64,000 nucleotides of DNA, taken from IMG/VR virus record IMGVR_UViG_3300046007_001549. One strand, 5' to 3'. The notes under the pieces were generated by a model that saw only the letters and a list, made by a program, of their open reading frames with translations, did no database searches and had not been told where the DNA came from. Both the position numbers and the translations under genes were made by a program. Origin of the DNA: an uncultured virus (IMG/VR IMGVR_UViG_3300046007_001549). Taxonomy: Duplodnaviria > Heunggongvirae > Uroviricota > Caudoviricetes. Shown one piece after another: positions 57,524-64,000 of the stretch. The number at the start of each line of letters is the position of its first letter. The first letter of the stretch is position 1.

Positions 57524-60500
57524 ATGAGTTATTCCAACATAACTGTTGTCACTTCGCAAGGTACTTATGGCTATTCTGTAGGAGCTACCACCTTCAATCC
57601 AATTCTTTATAACACATTGGATTTGATTCCCGGTATTCCTCACAATGCCCAATTAGAAGTTGAGCGAATCTTTTCTATTGATAGAAACGGCGTAACCGCC
57701 ACGATTCCTGACTTCCTAAACGACACCAATGTATCCGTAGTTGATAAACAGAATGTGTTTATTATTCCAAGTGATCGTATTACTTATGATACTACTGGAA
57801 ACCGAATCGTAAATGTAAACCTACCCGCCTCTGGACCTGATGTATATAACTTTAGTTATGTACCAATCAGTGGACCAAATGCTGGTACTACTCAGACAAT
57901 TGCTGTACCACAACTACGAGAAGGCGATAATATTATTGTTCGCCGTAAGACTGTCAGTAATACTTCTTTAGTTCTTTGGACTCCCGGTAGCAAGCTAACA
58001 ACTGCTCAGCTAAACCTGAACACAACACAGCTTCTATTCCTAGTTCAAGAAATTCTAAACAAGGTAACTATTGTCAGCGTCAGCACCGAACAGATTCTAG
58101 ACAATGCAATTACTAGTCCTAAGATTCTAAACAAGGCAGTAACTTTTGCCAAACTTCAGGATCTTAGTGGTCCACTAAAGCTTCTTGGTTCAGGTTCTGA
58201 TCCTATTAACTTCCGCGATGTACGCGAGATGTCCGTAGGTCCGGGCTTTGATGTAACTGGTAACACTATTGATGTAAAGCCACTACCAGCTGGACAGAGA
58301 AACGATATTGAAGTCGTATCTCCACTTACAGACTGGCGTATTAATCCCAATGCTGTTACTTATAGTAAGATGCAGGATGTCACCGCAGCCTCACGCCTTA
58401 TTGGTCGTGGCTCTGCAGCTGGCTCAGGCGACCCACAGGAACTTACTGTAGGCTCCAGCCTATCTATGGTTGGTACTCAGCTCAATGTAACTACGCCACT
58501 TACAGATGGTAACAAAGGCGACCTAACCGTTGGAAGCAATGGTACGACATTTACAATTAATACTGGTGCTGTAATTACTGCAGATCTAGCAGACCATGCT
58601 GTAACTTATGCTAAGATGCAGCTATCACTTACTGGTAATCGTGTACTAGGCACAACAACCGCAGATAGTCATATCTCAGAAGTACAAATTAATGCTGATA
58701 TGATTGCAACTGCGGCAGTAACCAATGCTAAGTTAGCAAATGGTTCTGTAAGTTCTTCAAATCTTCAGGCAGGGTCTGTCCTAACTAATGCTATTAACAA
58801 CAACGCTGTAACTTACGATAAGCTACAGACAGTCGTAACAGCAAACCGTGTTCTTGGTTCTACCGCAGCAAACGGAACAGTATCTGAAGTACAGGTAAAC
58901 ACTAATATGGTTGTGGATAATGCCGTATCTTTCCCCAAGATGCAGCAGATTCCAAGCAATACATTATTAGGAAGAGCAGCATCTGGTACAGGCAATGTAG
59001 AAACCATTGCTATTACTGCTGCTGGTAGAGAGCTAATTGACGAAAACAGCGTAGCTGATATGCGTCAGTATCTCCAGTTAGGGACCGCAGCTTTAGAAGC
59101 TGTAGCTTTCTTTGCACCAGCTGTTCACAGCCACGGCTCCATCAATAGTGCAGGACAGATTGGTACAACACCAAACCTTCCTCTCATTACTAGTTCTAAT
59201 GGATTGATTTCTACTGGTACATTCGGCACAACTGTAAGTACTTTCTGTCAGGGTAATGATGCTCGTCTAAGCGATGCTCGTACACCACTTGCCCATATCC
59301 ATCCAATCTCAGATGTAACTAACTTACAGACTGAGCTAAATGCTAAGGCTCTTGTTGGACATACCCATGTTATTGCAGATGTAGCAAACCTACAGACAAA
59401 CCTTGATAATAAGGCTGCTATTGCACATACCCATACAATCGCTGAAGTAACAAATCTTCAGTCATCATTAGATGGTAAAGCAGCAACAAGCCATACGCAT
59501 ACTATCTCTCAGGTTACTAACCTACAGACAGAGCTAGATAATAAAGCCGCTGTAAGCCACACCCATACTATTGCCAATGTAACTGGTTTACAGACTGCAC
59601 TAGATGGCAAGGCAGCTAGCAGCCATACCCACGCAATGAGTGATATCACTAATCTTGATACCACCCTTGCTGGCAAGGCAAATACCACACATACCCACGC
59701 TATTGGTGATGTCACTGGTCTTCAAACCGCTCTAGACGCTAAGATTGATGACTCTCAAATCAGTGCGTTTGGTCTAACTCTTATTGATGATACAACCGCT
59801 GCTGCAGCCAGAACAACTTTAGAGCTAGGCTCTGCCGCTACACAGGCTTCTTCAGCCTTTGCAGCAGCTAGCCATACCCACACATTAGCAGCTATTACAG
59901 ATGCCGGAACAGCAGCATCTAAATTTGCTCCTGCTATTGGAGTAAACGCAACCACTACTCAAGTTGTTATGGGTGATGATACTCGTTTAACAAATGCTAG
60001 AACTCCAACTGCTCACACACATGTTCTTGCTGATATTACAGATGCTGGAACAGCAGCAGCTAAGTTTGCTCCAGCTGTTGGTGTAAATGCCACAACAACT
60101 CAGGTTGTAATGGGTGATGATACCCGTCTAACAAATGCACGAACACCCACAGCTCATATCCATGTAATTGGTGATATCACTAATTTACAAACAACACTAG
60201 ATGGCAAGGCAGCAACAAGCCATACACACTCAACTACTGATATTACTTCAGGTACACTATCAGTTGCAAGAGGTGGTACTGGTGTTTCAACAACACCAAC
60301 GGCTGGTCAGATTCTTATTGGTAATAACACAGGATTTACTTTAGCTAATATTCTTGGTGGTTCTAATATTGCAATTAGCAATACTCCCGGTGGTATTACA
60401 ATTAGTCAGGTTGGTGAGCCAGTAGCACCTTCTGCAATTCTTGCGGATGGTACTTATGGTGATATTACAATTGCTGGCAATACTTGGACAGTTGTAAACA

Positions 60501-63475
60501 ATGCTATTAGCGGTGCTAAGATTGCAAACGATGCTGTCACATTTGGTAAAATTCAGAATATTAATACCAATACCGTACTAGGTAGAGCGACTGCAGGAAC
60601 TGGCGATGTCGAAGAAATCACAGTAACCGCTGCTGGTCGTGCCTTGCTGGATGATGCTGATGCCGCCGCACAGAGGACTACCCTTGGTGCTGCTGCGGCC
60701 TCACATACTCATGCAATCAGTGATGTCACAAATCTACAAGCATCACTAGATGCTAAGGTAGATGATTCGCAGATTTCTGCGTTTGCACTGACTTTACTTG
60801 ATGATGCATCTGCTGGAACAGCTAGAGCAACTCTTGGTTTAGGTTCTTCTGCTACTCTAAATATTTCTGCACTAGGAGATGCTGCTAGTGGTGAGGTTGT
60901 TACTGGTTCCGATAGCCGTCTAACTAACGCTAGAACTCCAGTTGCACATACCCACGCAATTAGTGATGTTACAAACCTACAGGCTTCGCTTGATGCTAAG
61001 GTTGATGATTCCCAAATCAGTAGCTTTGCTCTAACTATTTTAGATGATACAGACGCTGCTAGCATGAGAGTAACTCTTGGTCTTGGTACAGCTGCTACTC
61101 AGGCTTCTACAGCCTTTGCTGCAGCTAGCCATACTCATACCATTTCACAGGTTACAAACCTACAGACAAGTCTTGATGGCAAGGCCAACACAGTACATAG
61201 CCATGCTATCTCTGATGTTACCAACCTTCAGACAACCCTTGATGGTAAGACCAATGTTGGTCACACTCATGGTATTTCAAATGTAACTAACCTACAGACA
61301 GAACTAAACAACAAGGCCGCGCTATCCCATACTCATGCTATCTCAGATGTAACTAATCTACAGACAGCTCTGGATGGTAAAGCAGCCAGTAGTCACACAC
61401 ATGTTATTAATGATGTAACTGGTCTACAGACTGCCCTCAACGGCAAAGTCAATACAAGTTCTGTAAGCACCTTTGGTGCAAGTCTTATTGATGATGCTAC
61501 TGCAGCTGATGCCAGAACAACTCTTGGCTTAGGTACTGCAGCTACTCAGCCATCCACAGCTTTTGCTTCTGCTTCTCACACCCATAGCACTTCTGGTTAT
61601 GATAATAACTCAGTAACCTATGCAAAGATTCAGAAGGTAGCCACAGCCAATCGGTTGCTTGGTTCTACTACAGCCAATGCTGATGTTGCTGAAGTACAGG
61701 TTGCCACAGACATGGTTGCAAACTTGGCAATCACTGCTGGTAAGATTGCTGCTAGTGCTGTCGAAACCGCTAAGATTAATAACCTTGCCGTAACAAGTGA
61801 TAAACTTGCAGACGGTGCTGTAACAAGTAATAAACTTGCAAACGGTGTAGTAACCTATAACAAGTTACAAACCGTTGCTACAGCCAACCGTGTACTGGGT
61901 TCTACAGTTGCTGGTGGTATTGTTGCTGAAGTTCAGATCAATGCCAACATGCTTGCTGATGGTCTAGTCACTACAGCTAAAATTGCTGATGGCAATGTCA
62001 CAGCAGCTAAGCTAGCTTCTGGAGCAGCCGTAGCAAACATTGGTAACGGAAACATCACAACCGCATTGCTTGCGGATGCCAATGTAACCACAGCCAAGAT
62101 TGCGAACCTTGCTATTACCACAGGGCTACTAGCCAATAATGCAGTAACCTATGGTAAGATGCAGGCTGTCGCTACCGCAAACAGACTCCTTGGTTCTACC
62201 ACAGCTGGCGGTGCAGTTAGCGAAGTACAGGTTGCTACAGATATGGTTGTTGACTCTGCAATTACCGCAGATAAGTTAGCTACTAATGCCGTAACAAATG
62301 CTAAGATTGCCAGTAATGCTGTAACTACAGCTAAGATTGCTGATGGCAATGTAACACTTGCTAAGCTTCCACTAAGTACTACTGCTAACCGTGTACTTGG
62401 TACAACAACCGCTGGTTCTGCTTATACCGAAGTTCAGATTCAGACCAATATGATTGCCGATGGTGCAGTAACTGCAGCTAAGCTAGGTACACTCAGCATT
62501 GGAAACAGTCAGCTTCTTGACGATGCTGTCTCAACCAGTAAGATTGTAAACCTTGCGGTCACTGGTGCTAAGCTTGCAGACAATGCAGTAACCGATGCCA
62601 AGCTAAGAACAGGTGCAGCAACCTCCGTAATCGGTCGGTCTGCTAACACCGTAGGTAATGTTGCTGATATTGTTGCTTCTGTTGATGGACAAGTTCTCCA
62701 TCGTACAGGCGGTACACTACAATTTGGTACACTAGGTACTGGAAGTATTTCTGATGGTGCTATTACTCCTGCTAAGATTGCTAACATTGCTGCTAATCGT
62801 GTACTTGGTACAACATCAGGGACCGTAGAAGCTGTTCAGGTTTCTACAAACATGATTGCTGATGGAGCAGTAACTGCTGCTAAAACAAATTTTAAAGTTA
62901 AAAAAGTTACACAAGTTTTAACTGCTAGTTCTGGTACATGGACTGTTCCTAATAATATAACAAATATTACAGTTACGGTTTTTGGTGGAGGCGGTGGCGG
63001 TAGTCGCGGCGATCAAACTAACGGATTTCCAGTCTATCAACTTCCCGGTAAAAATGGTGGTTCTGGTGGCTTTGGTATTGTACAACTATCAGTAATACCC
63101 GGAAACAGTTATTCTTATACCATTGGTAGTGGCGGCACAGGTTCAAATTCAGGTACTGGTACTAATGGAGGAAGTACAACTTTCTTAGGTTTAACAGCAA
63201 CAGGAGGGCTTGGTGCGTACGGCAGCGGTTCTTTTTCAATCGGATCTTTACCTTCTGGTGTAACTTTAGATCTAAATTTAACTTTATTTAGTAGTGCACC
63301 TAATACAGATATAGTCATACCAAATGCTCCTTCTGGTACTGCTCCTTCTACTTTTTCTCTAAGCAGCCTTTATCCACCCGGAGTTGGTGGTGCTGCTGAA
63401 AGTGGGCGGGATGCAAATAATGCCAGAGGTGGTATGGGTGGCGCTATTTGCATTGAGTATTTTGTAATAGAATAA
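57524..63475 (+). CDS. Long tail fibre protein (gp17-like N-terminus)
   Basis: IVRRKT..GSKLT..LN....QLLF..QE anchor motif; HTH.ISDVTNLQT.LDGK repeats; VT.AKIAD repeats; Gly-rich C-terminal domain. Confidence 0.9.
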   Translation: MSYSNITVVTSQGTYGYSVGATTFNPILYNTLDLIPGIPHNAQLEVERIFSIDRNGVTATIPDFLNDTNVSVVDKQNVFIIPSDRITYDTTGNRIVNVNLPASGPDVYNFSYVPISGPNAGTTQTIAVPQLREGDNIIVRRKTVSNTSLVLWTPGSKLTTAQLNLNTTQLLFLVQEILNKVTIVSVSTEQILDNAITSPKILNKAVTFAKLQDLSGPLKLLGSGSDPINFRDVREMSVGPGFDVTGNTIDVKPLPAGQRNDIEVVSPLTDWRINPNAVTYSKMQDVTAASRLIGRGSAAGSGDPQELTVGSSLSMVGTQLNVTTPLTDGNKGDLTVGSNGTTFTINTGAVITADLADHAVTYAKMQLSLTGNRVLGTTTADSHISEVQINADMIATAAVTNAKLANGSVSSSNLQAGSVLTNAINNNAVTYDKLQTVVTANRVLGSTAANGTVSEVQVNTNMVVDNAVSFPKMQQIPSNTLLGRAASGTGNVETIAITAAGRELIDENSVADMRQYLQLGTAALEAVAFFAPAVHSHGSINSAGQIGTTPNLPLITSSNGLISTGTFGTTVSTFCQGNDARLSDARTPLAHIHPISDVTNLQTELNAKALVGHTHVIADVANLQTNLDNKAAIAHTHTIAEVTNLQSSLDGKAATSHTHTISQVTNLQTELDNKAAVSHTHTIANVTGLQTALDGKAASSHTHAMSDITNLDTTLAGKANTTHTHAIGDVTGLQTALDAKIDDSQISAFGLTLIDDTTAAAARTTLELGSAATQASSAFAAASHTHTLAAITDAGTAASKFAPAIGVNATTTQVVMGDDTRLTNARTPTAHTHVLADITDAGTAAAKFAPAVGVNATTTQVVMGDDTRLTNARTPTAHIHVIGDITNLQTTLDGKAATSHTHSTTDITSGTLSVARGGTGVSTTPTAGQILIGNNTGFTLANILGGSNIAISNTPGGITISQVGEPVAPSAILADGTYGDITIAGNTWTVVNNAISGAKIANDAVTFGKIQNINTNTVLGRATAGTGDVEEITVTAAGRALLDDADAAAQRTTLGAAAASHTHAISDVTNLQASLDAKVDDSQISAFALTLLDDASAGTARATLGLGSSATLNISALGDAASGEVVTGSDSRLTNARTPVAHTHAISDVTNLQASLDAKVDDSQISSFALTILDDTDAASMRVTLGLGTAATQASTAFAAASHTHTISQVTNLQTSLDGKANTVHSHAISDVTNLQTTLDGKTNVGHTHGISNVTNLQTELNNKAALSHTHAISDVTNLQTALDGKAASSHTHVINDVTGLQTALNGKVNTSSVSTFGASLIDDATAADARTTLGLGTAATQPSTAFASASHTHSTSGYDNNSVTYAKIQKVATANRLLGSTTANADVAEVQVATDMVANLAITAGKIAASAVETAKINNLAVTSDKLADGAVTSNKLANGVVTYNKLQTVATANRVLGSTVAGGIVAEVQINANMLADGLVTTAKIADGNVTAAKLASGAAVANIGNGNITTALLADANVTTAKIANLAITTGLLANNAVTYGKMQAVATANRLLGSTTAGGAVSEVQVATDMVVDSAITADKLATNAVTNAKIASNAVTTAKIADGNVTLAKLPLSTTANRVLGTTTAGSAYTEVQIQTNMIADGAVTAAKLGTLSIGNSQLLDDAVSTSKIVNLAVTGAKLADNAVTDAKLRTGAATSVIGRSANTVGNVADIVASVDGQVLHRTGGTLQFGTLGTGSISDGAITPAKIANIAANRVLGTTSGTVEAVQVSTNMIADGAVTAAKTNFKVKKVTQVLTASSGTWTVPNNITNITVTVFGGGGGGSRGDQTNGFPVYQLPGKNGGSGGFGIVQLSVIPGNSYSYTIGSGGTGSNSGTGTNGGSTTFLGLTATGGLGAYGSGSFSIGSLPSGVTLDLNLTLFSSAPNTDIVIPNAPSGTAPSTFSLSSLYPPGVGGAAESGRDANNARGGMGGAICIEYFVIE
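59280..61590 (+). repeat. HxH fibre repeat array with internal duplications
   Basis: Many ~22-aa HTH(T/A)IS(D/Q)VTNLQT.LDGKAA units; near-exact ~45-aa tandem duplication at ~59875-60150. Confidence 0.85.
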
Positions 63476-63479
63476 TCCC

Positions 63480-63725
63480 ATGTCATCCTTCTATACCGAC
63501 ACAAGTTTAACTAGTCTCGGATATAGAGTCAATTCTCAAAACTCAGATTTCTTCCTGAATCTTCAGGTCGATAATCCAAAGAAAAACGATCTATTAATGT
63601 TCAATGGATTGGTATGGAAACCAATCAACTTGATAGATCTTCGTCCAGTTCTGGTACTTGAGGGTGGCTCTGCCTCCTCAAGCATACCAGCGGATACATT
63701 AATATTTGATGCAGAGGGGGCATAA
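63480..63725 (+). CDS. Small fibre-associated protein
   Basis: DLLMFNGLVWKP and LEGGSA motifs. Confidence 0.6.
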   Translation: MSSFYTDTSLTSLGYRVNSQNSDFFLNLQVDNPKKNDLLMFNGLVWKPINLIDLRPVLVLEGGSASSSIPADTLIFDAEGA

Positions 63726-63727
63726 CA

Positions 63728-64000
63728 ATGTCAATACTGCTACAGATCCGCATTAGGCGGGATACATCAGCCAACTGGACTGCTCAAAACCCAATCCTTG
63801 GATCGGGTGAGCTAGGTTTAGATACGACTCTCAATATCCTGAAAGTTGGTGATGGAACTACAGCATGGTCTACTTTGCCTGCTGTAGTTGGAGGTTCCGG
63901 TGGAGCCTCAGATCACGGAACCCTTAGTGGACTGTTAGATGATGATCATCCACAATACCTTACTCAAGGTCGTGGCGATTTAAGATACTCACTATTGGGT
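63728..64000 (+). CDS. Fibre protein with Mtd-N-like domain (3' partial, not in track)
   Basis: MSILLQIRIRRDTSANWTAQNPILGSGELGLDT..KVGDGTTAWSTLP..DDDHPQYL; open to the window end. Confidence 0.85.
   Translation, partial: MSILLQIRIRRDTSANWTAQNPILGSGELGLDTTLNILKVGDGTTAWSTLPAVVGGSGGASDHGTLSGLLDDDHPQYLTQGRGDLRYSLLG

Noticed and set aside
63728..64000. Diversity-generating retroelement suggested by the Mtd-N-like domain
   Set aside because: No reverse transcriptase and no TR/VR pair with adenine-specific mismatches seen
1..64000. Stop-codon reassignment, introns/inteins, integrase
   Set aside because: Core genes are intact and of normal length in code 11; no suppressor tRNA or recombinase motif seen

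Overview
The window looks like a near-complete, circularly permuted genome of a large (~64 kb) T7-like (Autographiviridae-type) podophage with essentially all genes on the + strand. The physical ends probably lie in the non-coding gap at ~24.0-24.9 kb. Read from there, the order is: GC-rich first genes; a structured non-coding locus; many small acidic early proteins; four tRNAs; single-subunit RNA polymerase; DNA and nucleotide metabolism (SSB, RusA, ThyX, deaminase, primase-helicase, family A polymerase, kinase, exonuclease, dUTPase, class II RNR); portal, scaffold, capsid, tail tubes and fibres (wrapping from window end to start); membrane lysis genes; terminase; and, unusually last, the internal virion proteins. 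Most notable: (1) a 3423-aa virion protein with a zincin protease motif, an embedded ECF sigma-like module and further effector-like domains; (2) a circularly permuted tRNA-mimic RNA bracketed by twin hairpin repeats; (3) a nozzle protein carrying a duplicate of the tail-fibre N-terminal domain; (4) a 5-copy candidate phage promoter; (5) apparent CCWGG and ACGT avoidance; (6) atypical tRNAs reading A-ending codons; (7) no recognisable endolysin. All calls come from motif recognition by eye; no searches were run.
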